Shown piece by piece: positions 1 through 9,493 of a DNA stretch of 23,477 nt. Where the stretch lies: positions 1-23,477 of the forward strand of contig NW_021836563.1 in NCBI RefSeq assembly GCF_006345805.1, given 5' to 3'. The number at the start of each line of letters is the position of its first letter. The stretch's first letter is position 1. The translations under genes were made by a program, and so were the position numbers. The stretch comes from Octopus sinensis (taxonomy: Eukaryota). The notes under the pieces are model-generated. The model made no database searches. It was not told the DNA's origin and worked only from the letters and a program-made list of their open reading frames with translations.

Positions 1-3000
1 GAATATTTTTTTATCATGCCTAATGCACCTACTATGATTTATTGTTTCTTGTCCATCTCCAGATATTCTGCAGTTACTTGTAATATTTCTTTTCATTACA
101 TGTTTTTGGTAATTTCTGTGTGGGAGGCTTTGGTCTTGTGCTGCAATTAAAAATCCCTCTGTTTCTGCTTTGAGTCCTGAGCTTCTCAACCATTGCTGGG
201 ATTTTTCTTTGTCTATTTCTTTTGCGTTTAGTTTAGTCCAGTATTTACCATGAAGGGGCTTTTCTTGCCATCGTTTTATCATGGTTCGTTGCTGTTCTAT
301 TTTTAGTTTGGATTTCATTTGTTTTATAGTTTTTGTTGTTTCTTCATCTTCTTCTTCTTCTTCATGTTTATTAGGTGGTATGATTTCTTGTTTGTATTTG
401 TCAGCTTCCTTAAATACTGAGAACAGTTTTTTGTTTTGCTCGTGTTTTGCTGCTATCTGGATCAGTTTTCCTTCCTTCTGAAGTAGATATTTTTGCAGTC
501 CTATGGTGGTTATTTTATAGTATTTTCCAGCTGTATAAGGCCTCTACCACCTTCTATACGTTGTATATATAGTCTTTCTATGTCAGATTTTGGGTGATGC
601 ATCCTAGATCCTGTCATTATTTTTCTTGTTTTCCTATCTATTTTGGTCAGTTCATTTCGTGTCCAGTTAAGGATATTGTAGCTGTAACTTATAACTGGGA
701 CAGCTAAAGTGTTGATACTATTATCTTGTTTTTAGCATTAGCTCTGTGTTTAGTATTGATCTAACTCGTCTATAATATTCTTTTTTCATTTTCTCTTTCA
801 TTTGTGTGTGTTGTGTCTTATCTAGTTCATGGATTCCTAAGTATTTGTAAGTTTGGCTTTGGTCTAATTCTTTTATTTCATTGGTTTTATCTAGTGTGAT
901 GTTGTTACTCTTAACTAGTTTTCCTCTTTTCATGGTTACTTTGGCGCATTTCTCTAATCCAAATTTCATATCTATTTCTTTGGTAAATCCATGAACTGTC
1001 TTTAATAGTGTTTCCAGCTGTTTGTCATTTGCAGCGTATAGTTTTAGGTCATCCATATATAAAAGGTGGCTGATCGTTTTGCCGTAACATTTATATCCGC
1101 ATCCAGTTCTATTTAGCATATCAGATAGAGGTGACAGTGCCAAGCAGAAAAGGAATGGAGAGAGCGTGTCTCCCTGGAATATTCCTCTTCTAATGGGGAT
1201 GTCTTTGGTTTTCATGAGTCCCTCTTTTGTTTAGAGGTGTAGGACTGTTTGCCATTTATTCATAGAGTGCTCTATGAATTTTCTGATTGTTGGTGCTACT
1301 TTGTTAATGGCTAGTGTTTCGAGGATCCATGTGTGGGGGATGCTATCAAACGCCTTTTTGTAGTCAATCCAGGCCATACTGAGGCCTTTCTTCTTTCTGT
1401 GGCTGTCTTCAGTTATGGCTTTATTAATCATTAGTTGATCTTTACAGCCATATGAGCCTTTGCGGCATCCTTTCTGCTCTTCTGGGAACAGTTTGTTTTC
1501 GTCCAGGTGCTTGTTCAGCCTTTGTGATATCACTGCAGTAAATGCCTTGAACATTGTAGGGAGGCAGGTTATTGGTCTGTAGTTTTCTGGTTTTTCTGTT
1601 TCATTTGATTTGGGAATTAAGATGGTTTTCCCCTTCGTGAGCCATTCAGGCATTGTCTCTGGCTCTGCTAGTATGCTGTTAAAGTTTTCAGCCAGCTTTT
1701 TGTGCATTCCTGTTAGATATTTCAACCAGAAGTTGGGGATCTTGTCATGCCCAGGTGCCTTCCAGTTGCTTAGTTTTTGCAGTGCCTGGGTGACCTCTTC
1801 AGTTGTTATGGGGGTCCAAAGTTGTTCAGATGCCGAGTTTGTTATTTTCATACTCCTTTTTTTTGGTGGTTCGTTCGCCGACCATATTTCTTTCCAGAAT
1901 TCTTCCAATTCTTCTGCCGTTGGTGCTGCAGTGACTTCTATTTTATTTTTGCCCAGTTCTTGGTAGAACTTTTGGGGGTCGGAGTTGAACTTTTTGTTCT
2001 GTTCAAAGAAGCGTTGGCGTTTCTTGTACCGGCGGATCATTTGTGCTTTGGCAAGGATATCTTGCTTCAGCTTTTCTTTTATTTCAGGCAAATCTTTCTC
2101 TGTGATGTTATATTTGCGGAGTATTTTTGTTCTCTTTTTGTTGCTCAGTAGCGTTGATTTTTTGCTGATTTCATTAAGAATCGGCAGGTCTTTTCTAATT
2201 TTTTTTATTTTGCTTTGGATGTTATTTATCCACAGGGTTTGTTTGGGTGGTGGTACTCCTGTCTGGGCGGGTTTGGGTGAGTATCCAGCTTCTTTTGTGG
2301 CTGCAGTGGCTGCTGCGTATATTAGGTTATTTAGCTCAGTGATATCGCTTTTTTTTTATTCAGTGGCTATCAGTTCAGTGACGGCTAGGTTTATGCTGTT
2401 TATAATAGGTGTTGTTATTTCGTTTATTTTGATTCTTGGGAGGTATGGTCGGTGGTCCATTTTGAGCTCTGTGGTTTTCAGTTCTTTGATTATTTTATTT
2501 TTTATATTATCATAATCATTAGGCTCCCCTTCGTTGTTTACATCGTGTTTTGGGAATGTTGCCTTTGTCTTCGTGTTTTACAGTTTCAGTGTTTATATTA
2601 TTGGCATTGTTGTGTGGCTTCTATCTACATTTTCCTGGTGTATGTTTTCTTTTAGGTGTTCTATTTCTATTTCTGATATTTCTTTTGTGTTGAGAATGTA
2701 TCTTCGTACGTTAGCTAATTTATTAGGGTTCATTGCTGTATCCAAGTCTATATCTCTATTATTTTCCTTCCATATTTTATATGTATGTGTTGTTGTATTT
2801 TCATTTTTTGGGTAGAGTACTGCTGTGAAGTATGCGTGTAAGATAGAAATGTATTCCTCACGTGTCCATTTACGTCTTTTGGGTTTTATTTGCGGGACAT
2901 GAGGTACAACGTCCGGCCCATTATTTTGACGGTCGTCATTTTCGTAGGGTACCGGTCCGTTTATTTCTGTTGTCACATTATTTCGCACGTGTAGTTTTTC

Positions 3001-3102
3001 GTACATTTTTTGTTGTAGGTTTAATGTACGTACCGCTCGATTGTTATTCTTGGGTTGAATAGTATCGGTGGCATTTAATTTCTTCGTAGTTCCTTTGTAC
3101 AT
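1..3102 (-). pseudogene. Disrupted single ORF of the R4/Dong element (N-terminal domain, RT, zinc-knuckle remnant, RLE core deleted)
   Basis: ATG at 3102. In-frame TAA stops at 2356-2358 and 1231-1233 (the flanking ORFs 1231-2091 and 721-1215 share a frame). Compensating indels near 2545-2610. Two single-base losses near 715-745. Reading frame jumps from ETINH to IVGALGMIKK at 33-38. Confidence 0.88.
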
Positions 3103-3365
3103 GGTGTTTGGAGTCGGGGATGATCGTGATGTTTACGCATGTTTACATGTGTTGCGTTAGAGGTGGAGATGATATCGAGTCAAAATACATCATTTCGTTT
3201 CGAAAATAGTAATAAATTTCAATTAGTATTACTTACTCGGATACAGTCCAATTCTTTGTTAGTAAAACTTTGGCTGCATAGGATGTCCTTGTTTTTGATG
3301 TTTGTGGATAGGTTTCGGAGCTCTGAATTTTCCTTCTTACATCTTAAAAGTCCCCCGGTGTTCTC
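1..3365 (-). mobile_element. R4-clade (Dong-like) RLE-type non-LTR retrotransposon, 5' end apparently complete, 3' end beyond window, decayed
   Basis: N-terminal RRKWTREEY...MNPNKLANVRRYIL segment (ORF 2593-3102). RT motifs KAPGHDKI, NYRPITCL, EEQKGCRKGSYGCKDQL, WIDYKKAFDS, GIFQGDTLSP, LLYMDDLK and YKYLG (ORFs 1231-2091 and 721-1215). Downstream HPKSDIERLY...GGRGL and CRIS..ETINH knuckle remnant. No APE domain. The 5' end abuts (TAA)n at 3366. Confidence 0.9.
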
Positions 3366-3417
<52 letters not shown>

Positions 3418-3419
3418 CG

Positions 3420-3448
<29 letters not shown>
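3366..3448. repeat. (TTA)n/(TAA)n microsatellite
   Basis: Near-perfect TTA repeat with one TCG interruption. Confidence 0.98.
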
Positions 3449-3451
<3 letters not shown>

Positions 3452-3590
3452 TAGTTTTATTTTTATAGTGTGCTTTCACTTCACTACCGAGCGCAGCTCT
3501 GTGTGCCTTGGGTATGTGCTGTGATTTGTTGTGATGCTCTGATGGTTATTGTATGGAAAGTGTTCTGCGTAAGATGTGTGCAGTGCCTCA
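3449..3590 (-). mobile_element. 5'-truncated 3' end of an R4/Dong-type element
   Basis: Minus strand 3587-3546 reads GTAHILRRTLSIQ*, the typical C-terminus of R4-clade ORFs, followed by ~95 nt of 3' UTR running into (TAA)n. Flanked by (TAA)n on both sides. Confidence 0.85.
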
Positions 3591-3602
3591 TTATTATTAT
3601 TA

Positions 3603-3639
<37 letters not shown>

Positions 3640-3655
3640 CCTTATTATTATTATG

Positions 3656-3714
<59 letters not shown>

Positions 3715-3722
3715 CCTTATTA

Positions 3723-3765
<43 letters not shown>

Positions 3766-3813
3766 CATTATTATTGTTATTATTATCATCATCATCATCA
3801 TCATCATTATATT
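3591..3813. repeat. (TTA)n microsatellite with interruptions, grading into (TCA)n
   Basis: Direct reading. It is the source of the spurious poly-I/poly-Y ORFs. Confidence 0.98.
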
Positions 3814-3860
3814 ACACACTGTAGTTAATAATCCATAAAACACTCTGAAGTACCTTTGAT

Positions 3861-3866
3861 TTTATT
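3861..3866 (-). promoter_or_regulatory. Candidate polyadenylation signal AATAAA of the membrane-protein gene
   Basis: AATAAA on the minus strand about 9 nt after the TGA at 3875-3877. The context is AT-rich, so chance occurrence is possible. Confidence 0.45.
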
Positions 3867-3874
3867 AAAGAAAA

Positions 3875-6066
3875 TCAAATAACTTGATTAACGCCTCCGG
3901 CATATACATTAATTGTTTCGATAATTTTATCTAACATGGTTATTGTTAACCTACGATTTGTATTTATTATAGACAACAATTTAGGTATCATAGACGTCAT
4001 CAATATCAAAGTAATTTTTGTGAACCCTGATAAGTTCAAGTCTTCTCGACTTATTATATTGTTGCAAGCAAAGAAAAAAGATACGATTAGAAACAGTTTT
4101 ATAATGGATTTACCAATCTCGTATCTCAATGGAAAATGATGGTTAACAATTGTCTTGAATAGCTTGGCATTTATGAATTCCTCTCCATGGCTTGACTGAA
4201 TCAAACTTGGACAAACAGCTTTGGTGAGTTTTATAGACTGAACTATTATTGAGTTATACTGCTTTATGATGGCGTTCACAATTGCAACGGTATACACGAA
4301 AAACATGGCAACAAACCATACGTCACTGACATTATCAGGTTCAGCAAGAATTGTAGCAGCTATCGTAAATATGAAATTGCATGAGATTTGAAAACTTGAA
4401 AGAAATATATAGATTGTAACGAGAGTCCATAAAAAATACAATGGAAGCAATAGACAAGTAAAAAATACAGCAGTAATCTTGAAAATACGAGAATTATTCG
4501 TACAGAGTGAGAAGATATACACTTTAGAATAGCTGAAAGGTAAAGTTAAAATCAGATACATAATTGGGATTCCATAATAAACGAGGCACAGAAATAATTC
4601 ACAGACAGAAAATACAGCAAATAAAATTGTAATGGAAACAAAGAGCCAAAGTGTAATGAATTGCCAGAAAATATTTTTCTCGTAGTAATATAACCAAATT
4701 TTCTTTATACGGTTAATCCAAGTATAAATTATTAAATACCAGAAATTTGGGTTTAGAGCCAGAGAAATATTAGCTTTCATTACTGCATAGAGTAGATCAT
4801 AATCCTGTAGTGTAGAAACATTTAAATTGCCATACTTCTGTAATAATCTCATATTTTGAATGAGAAACGTGAAAGTGGATCCTTGATGTAATGTATTATA
4901 AGCGACAGTCTCACTTGCTCGACTGGGAAGAACGAAGAGGATAAAATAGAAACATACGTAACAGATTAACCACACAAAGGGACCACCAAACCAGCCATCA
5001 GTATTCTCATAACTTTCTGGGATTCCTAATATTAAGGCGCGATGTCCCAATGGTATACCATCCTGGTAAAGAATTTCTATTGTTTCATATAAAAAGAAGT
5101 AATGCATCAAAAGATCCAGGAAAATTATTGAAAGAGAAGATAGAATAAAAAAGAATCTTCTTAATTTTGAGGCCAAGAAAGTGGAATGATGAAAGCAAAA
5201 TAACCAAGACAGAAAATGAGGGAAATTGTAAGTATTATGGTTTTCGTTGATCCATTCTAATTTGTATGGCAATGTGTTTTGATGGGAAATGAAGGTGATT
5301 TCGTTAGTGAAAGAACACTAATAATTAAGGGAAAATATGCCCATACAACAGTTCCGACGATATTTGCATAATTGAGAAACATACTATTTTCCATGATATT
5401 TCCAGAACAAATTGATTTTGGGTAATAAACATAGCTTTCATTTTTATAGAGTTTACAGCAATAGTTCTTCACCAACTCTCTATTTATACCGATTCTTCTG
5501 TTAGCTTTTAATGACTCAGGGCTGTTCTTCTTCATATCCTGAGATAAATTTATTAGAAAACACATGTAACCAGATTCTCCCATTTTTAATGTATCGATCA
5601 CTGAGATTTTCTTCAATTCCTGGAAAATCAAATGTATTAAATCATATCTCTGAATATTTTCTTTCCCACAATTTATATCGATATCAACCCTTGGAGTAGC
5701 AATGTAAGCTCCTAATAAATTCAAAGAGTAAATTTAAAAATCATAATAGAAATTCTTATACGCTATTAAACCATCTGGTTCGTCTGGAATCCAGGTAAAT
5801 TGTCTCGCGTTTGCGAAATAATCCAGTCGTACGGGTTTCAGAAGGTCATCAAGTTTTTTGTCGGATAAATGGACATCGAGATTGAAAACCCTTTTGTCTG
5901 ATCTTACTAAACTAGATAAAATCTTATGAACATTGGGAGAAATCTTAATTTCACAGTTATTTCCAAGTTCCTTCGCTTCTATGTTTAGTGATATTTGAAC
6001 GACAATAAAAGTAATCACAAGGAAAAGTGAACTGCTTGTTGTTATCGTCATCTGCATGGCAGCCAT
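3875..6066 (-). pseudogene. Uncharacterised signal-peptide, Cys-containing ectodomain, multi-pass membrane protein (~730 codons, single coding exon); one premature stop and one frameshift
   Basis: ATG at 6066 (MAAMQ...FLVITFIVVQISLNIEA, signal-peptide-like). ORFs 5734-6093 and 5257-5724 are in the same frame, separated only by TAA at 5734-5736 (YYDF*IYSLNLLG). A frame change near 5318 leads into ORF 3875-5272, whose frame is open from 5317 (CSFTNEITFISHQNTLPYKLEW). Many hydrophobic segments follow. Family not recognised. Confidence 0.8.
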
Positions 6067-6076
6067 ATTTCGTTTT

Positions 6077-6092
6077 CTGTAAGAGAAAAACA
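6077..6092 (-). promoter_or_regulatory. Splice acceptor 10 nt upstream of the membrane-protein ATG (5' UTR intron)
   Basis: Minus strand reads GTTTTTCTCTTACAG|AAAACGAAATATGGCT, with AG at 6078-6077. Confidence 0.65.
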
Positions 6093-6544
6093 AGATAGAT
6101 AGAAGTCATAAAATATTGAAGATTCATTTTAGTTTCGTTATTTTGTAAATATTTGAAATAAAAAGTATTTACTTAAAAATGAATGTAAATCTATTTTATC
6201 ATTTATTTACTAGAAAAACAATGTGGCCAGCGGAGCAGAGGTCATATTGTATTTTGTGCTTTGCAAGTTCCTATTTTAGTTGTAATATTTCGTAATTTGA
6301 ACTCGAATGAATTTTTGTGAATTTCCTGGCTGCAAGAAATAAGAGATTTTTCATGACTCGAATTTAGGAATGTAAATTATTGTATCAAAATGTGTATAAC
6401 TTGAGATGAATCTTACCCTGATCATATCTGAACTGAGACTGCACATGCAGGAATCTAGATAATGTGTGTAATTTAAAAGAAAGTTGTTTCTTATTGAGTA
6501 GAACAAGGCAGGCGGATGAACTCATAAATGCTACAAAGGTTTTA

Positions 6545-6995
6545 TAAGCTCCATTTGCTGTCCATTTGCTTGACAGTTGTTTGACCTTAACCAGTTGACC
6601 ATGTCCCTTAGTGGCTGACGATATGTGCATCTCTGTTCAAAAGCAAAAGTAGTGGGGGAGCATCATAGCCATGTGTTGAGAGGGATTCTTTGGAGTTTGA
6701 CTAATTCACCTCTGGAAACATGCGTGTTTCGTTCAACATCCTTAAACACCCCTTATTCAGGGACCTTTTGAACGGGATGGGCTACTCTACCAGAAGAAAA
6801 TTCTTACTGGGTCCCACCTACAAGGTCATGTGCTATTTATCTTAATATGAGATCACCATCTCGCACACATATGGTTGTGATGCATGTGTCTAGTGTACCC
6901 TTATCAGACGGGTAGTCATGATGGGTATACTGGGCTTCGTATATTTTACCCCAGTTTCACTGATGGCTTTCACTGCTCTCTCACTAAATAATAAC
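6545..6995 (+). mobile_element. Interspersed repeat, probably the long 3' UTR or non-autonomous derivative of a non-LTR element
   Basis: Non-coding, higher-GC block ending in TAATAA then (CAT)n. It resembles a high-copy octopus repeat as I recall it (not verified). The 5' boundary is approximate. Confidence 0.45.
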
Positions 6996-7003
6996 ATTCT
7001 TCT

Positions 7004-7066
7004 TATCATCATCATAATCATCATCATCATCATAATCATCATCTCATCATCATCATCATCATCATC
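7004..7066. repeat. (CAT)n microsatellite
   Basis: Direct reading. Confidence 0.97.
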
Positions 7067-7314
7067 GACATCGCACAATATACATTATCGTGAGGTTGTT
7101 GACTGAAGATATCGTGTCTACCGGGGGTTTGTACTATTTGTCAAGTCACAACAAGAACCTCAGACAGACAGCATTTTACGCAATAGGCATGCAGTTCCAG
7201 CTAATGCCGACTTTTGCAATACACCTAGATTGTAGGCTATTCCTAAAGTTTTCAGATATTTTTTTCAGATTGGGCGATATTCAAACCAATGTTCCGATAA
7301 CAATAAGAATAACC
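7067..7314 (-). mobile_element. 5'-truncated 3' end of a second R4-clade subfamily
   Basis: Minus strand reads VILIVIGTLV*ISPNLK(K, one extra A)YLKTLGIAYNLGVLQKSALAGTACLLRKMLSV* (TGA at 7160-7162), matching the R4-type C-terminus (PIVIGALG...LQK.ALLGT..ILRK.L). The 3' UTR runs into (GAT)n. Confidence 0.85.
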
Positions 7315-7421
7315 TAATATAAAAGAGACATTTATTGAATAACATTATCTGAAGTACTGCTCTTCTCTTTCATATAAGTTCTTTCATTTAAGTAGCCATC
7401 TCGTATTTTTCTGGCTCATAT

Positions 7422-7459
7422 TGGTTAGGAGGGCTAATACATATAATTAACAATTAACA
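7422..7459 (-). repeat. 38-bp sequence, exact inverted copy of 9142-9179
   Basis: The reverse complement reads TGTTAATTGTTAATTATATGTATTAGCCCTCCTAACCA, identical to 9142-9179. Confidence 0.9.
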
Positions 7460-7664
7460 GAGTTACTTGACCAACACTTCAAATAACTAAGTGCAGAAAA
7501 CCCCAAAAACTATAATTATAGTTCATACACATCCTTGTTTAGATAAAAAAATATTAAAAACTTTCTTATTCCTCTTTACACCAGAGAGAGGAGAGAGGTT
7601 GCAGTATAATTTCAAGGTCTCAATGAGTTTTACTGTGAGCAATACTTGATATTAATCGAGTGTG

Positions 7665-7851
7665 AGGCGTCGAGCTGGCGGAATCGTTTGCACGTCTGGT
7701 GAAATGTTTTGCGGCATTTCATCTGTCTGTACGTCAGGAGTTCAAATTTGCCTTTCATCATTTCAAGGTCGATCAGTCAAGCACTGTGGTCGTTACAAAC
7801 GAGTGACAGCCTCGCCCGAAATTGCTGGCCTTGTGCCAAATTTTGAAACCG
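7665..7851 (+). mobile_element. Degraded tRNA-derived SINE (same family as 15636-15852)
   Basis: Head AGGCGTCGAGCTGGCGGAATCGTT, B-box-like GAGTTCAAAT and central GCCTTTCATC...GGTCGAT, all homologous to the minus-strand copy at 15636-15852. Confidence 0.7.
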
Positions 7852-8001
7852 ATATAATAATTACAATCACTTTTATTACTGCTTCGCTGGTTTAGGATGT
7901 TTACCCAGACCGAACGTAAACAGTGTGACGACTTCCCTGTCAATTAAGCTGTAAGTTTTAATTTATGCATAAATTATGGCTGACAACTTTTCTATTTCTG
8001 C

Positions 8002-8007
<6 letters not shown>

Positions 8008-8040
<33 letters not shown>
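8008..8040. repeat. (CT)n microsatellite
   Basis: Direct reading. Confidence 0.97.
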
Positions 8041-8043
<3 letters not shown>

Positions 8044-8053
8044 GTCCCCCTCT

Positions 8054-8205
8054 CTCCAGAAATCAGTGTTATTAGGGACAGCTAAGATACTTAGGAAAGT
8101 TCTCGGCATCTAAGGATATTAGGATTTTTTCCTTCTTTTCTTTTTCCTCCACGCTGATCTTCTGCAAAAATCCAGGTAGATCTCGCGACCGACAATATAT
8201 CCTTA
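8054..8205 (+). mobile_element. 3' end fragment of a third R4-clade subfamily
   Basis: 8054-8113 translates LQKSVLLGTAKILRKVLGI*, a canonical R4-type C-terminus. The following ~90 nt are probably its 3' UTR, possibly inverted. Confidence 0.82.
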
Positions 8206-8247
8206 TGATCGGGAGCCGAATAAACTGACCACTAAGCCAAGCGCTTT
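8201..8247 (-). mobile_element. Truncated SINE head (A-box only)
   Basis: Minus strand reads GCGCTTGGCTTAGTGGTCAG...CGGCTCCCGATCATAAGG, a tRNA-like A box with no B box after it. Confidence 0.55.
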
Positions 8248-8369
8248 CACACACACACGCGCGCACGAACATACGCACATACACACATAAACACACACAA
8301 ACACACACACGCACGCACAAACACACACATACACAAACATAGTTTCGTAGATATTATAAATTTTAATAT

Positions 8370-8452
<83 letters not shown>

Positions 8453-8520
8453 CTGTCTGTCTGTGTGTGTGTATATATATCACACACGCACGCACACGCA
8501 CTCATACAAACAAACAAATA
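8248..8520. repeat. Compound (CA)n/(TA)n/(TG)n microsatellite
   Basis: Direct reading. Confidence 0.95.
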
Positions 8521-8543
8521 TATTTTCGATAATAAGTTTTTTT

Positions 8544-8590
8544 TAGTTTCATGTCAGAACTGCGGCCATGCTGATGCGCCGCCGTTAAAA
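8544..8590 (-). mobile_element. SINE 3' tail remnant
   Basis: Minus strand GGCGGCGCATCAGCATGGCCGCAGTTCTGACATGAAAC matches the tails at 15169-15208 and 13812-13855. Confidence 0.6.
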
Positions 8591-9141
8591 TTATTAATTT
8601 TAATAATATTGTTTGTGTGTGTATATATAAATATATATTTCTGTTAGGGGTTGTGAAGCCAAACAACTAAGGGATAGTGCCTTTTAGTCACCATCTGGTT
8701 CCTTACTCTCATTAGTACGCTGATATACCAAATTTTCCCATGGTGGGTTCACCATCATAGGCTGCTTATGCCATTCCTTCCGCAAATTCGAACCTACTAG
8801 CTGGCACTTTACGTATGAACTTCCACCTCTGTAACACGGACGGTTCCTTCAAATCCACCACTTTATTTCTATGTAAACATAATGTGAATTTCTATGCAAA
8901 CATAATGCGAACTAATGCCTAAATTCGCCCTTCCTAAAAACTCCTCCCAAGAACGACTATACTCATCTATCCACCATTGGATGGAATAACATGGATCCTG
9001 GATTACACCAAGGGAAGTTCGTAGCTTATTTCCCCTTTCTGTACCTAATTCATTTCAATAAGTTGTCCTACTCTCACAGTCTCATGTTTGCTCCTATTGT
9101 TTTTCTGCTCTTTTCTATAATGACAAATACACTGCACCTAT

Positions 9142-9179
9142 TGTTAATTGTTAATTATATGTATTAGCCCTCCTAACCA
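9142..9179 (+). repeat. 38-bp sequence, exact inverted copy of 7422-7459
   Basis: See 7422-7459. Confidence 0.9.
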
Positions 9180-9249
9180 CTTAGACCCTCTGAAGCAGCC
9201 TAGAGGCACACTCATCATCCAAACCTTATCTGCCCATCCCTACAGAACA

Positions 9250-9311
9250 CTGAAGAGATGGAGATGGCATGTAGGATTTCGTTGCCTCTTAGCAGAAACG
9301 GCCGTAAGGAA
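9250..9311 (+). ncRNA. Degenerate type I hammerhead-like motif
   Basis: CTGAAGA (9250-9256), partial stem II (GAGATGGCA/TGCCTCTT), GAAA (9295-9298), palindromic stem III ACGGCCGT and GUA triplet. Stem I and the base of stem II do not pair. Confidence 0.35.
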
Positions 9312-9493
9312 CTGATCTTTTGCTCTTTCCTGTAATATTAATACATGGGTGTGTAATACATGGTTCCTACATGTGTATGTTTTCTTCTAATACTTTCTAA
9401 TGCTTTGGAATAAAGAGACACACTGGAACGTCTACCGGATGATGATTGCCGTTTGGTATCCACTCCATTTTCTTATATGCTATATATATACAC

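Noticed and set aside
3139-3843. ORFs with poly-Tyr/poly-Ile/poly-Met runs
   Set aside because: Translations of (TTA)n and (TCA)n microsatellites.
5734-5736. Rescue of the in-frame TAA by A-to-I editing (UAA to UGG) in a heavily editing lineage
   Set aside because: It needs two edits and would not repair the separate frameshift near 5318. No supporting evidence in the sequence.
6411-6445. Possible tiny 5' UTR exon (donor AGG|GTAAGA at 6416) for the membrane-protein gene
   Set aside because: Plausible but indistinguishable from chance without RNA data. Noted as an alternative to a distant first exon.
6616-6735. CTGACGA...GAAACATGCGTGTT resembling a hammerhead
   Set aside because: No stem II closes next to the core, and stem I relies mostly on G-U pairs.
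8865-8910. 23-bp tandem duplication (2 mismatches)
   Set aside because: Two-copy local slippage. No spacers, so not CRISPR-like and of little significance.
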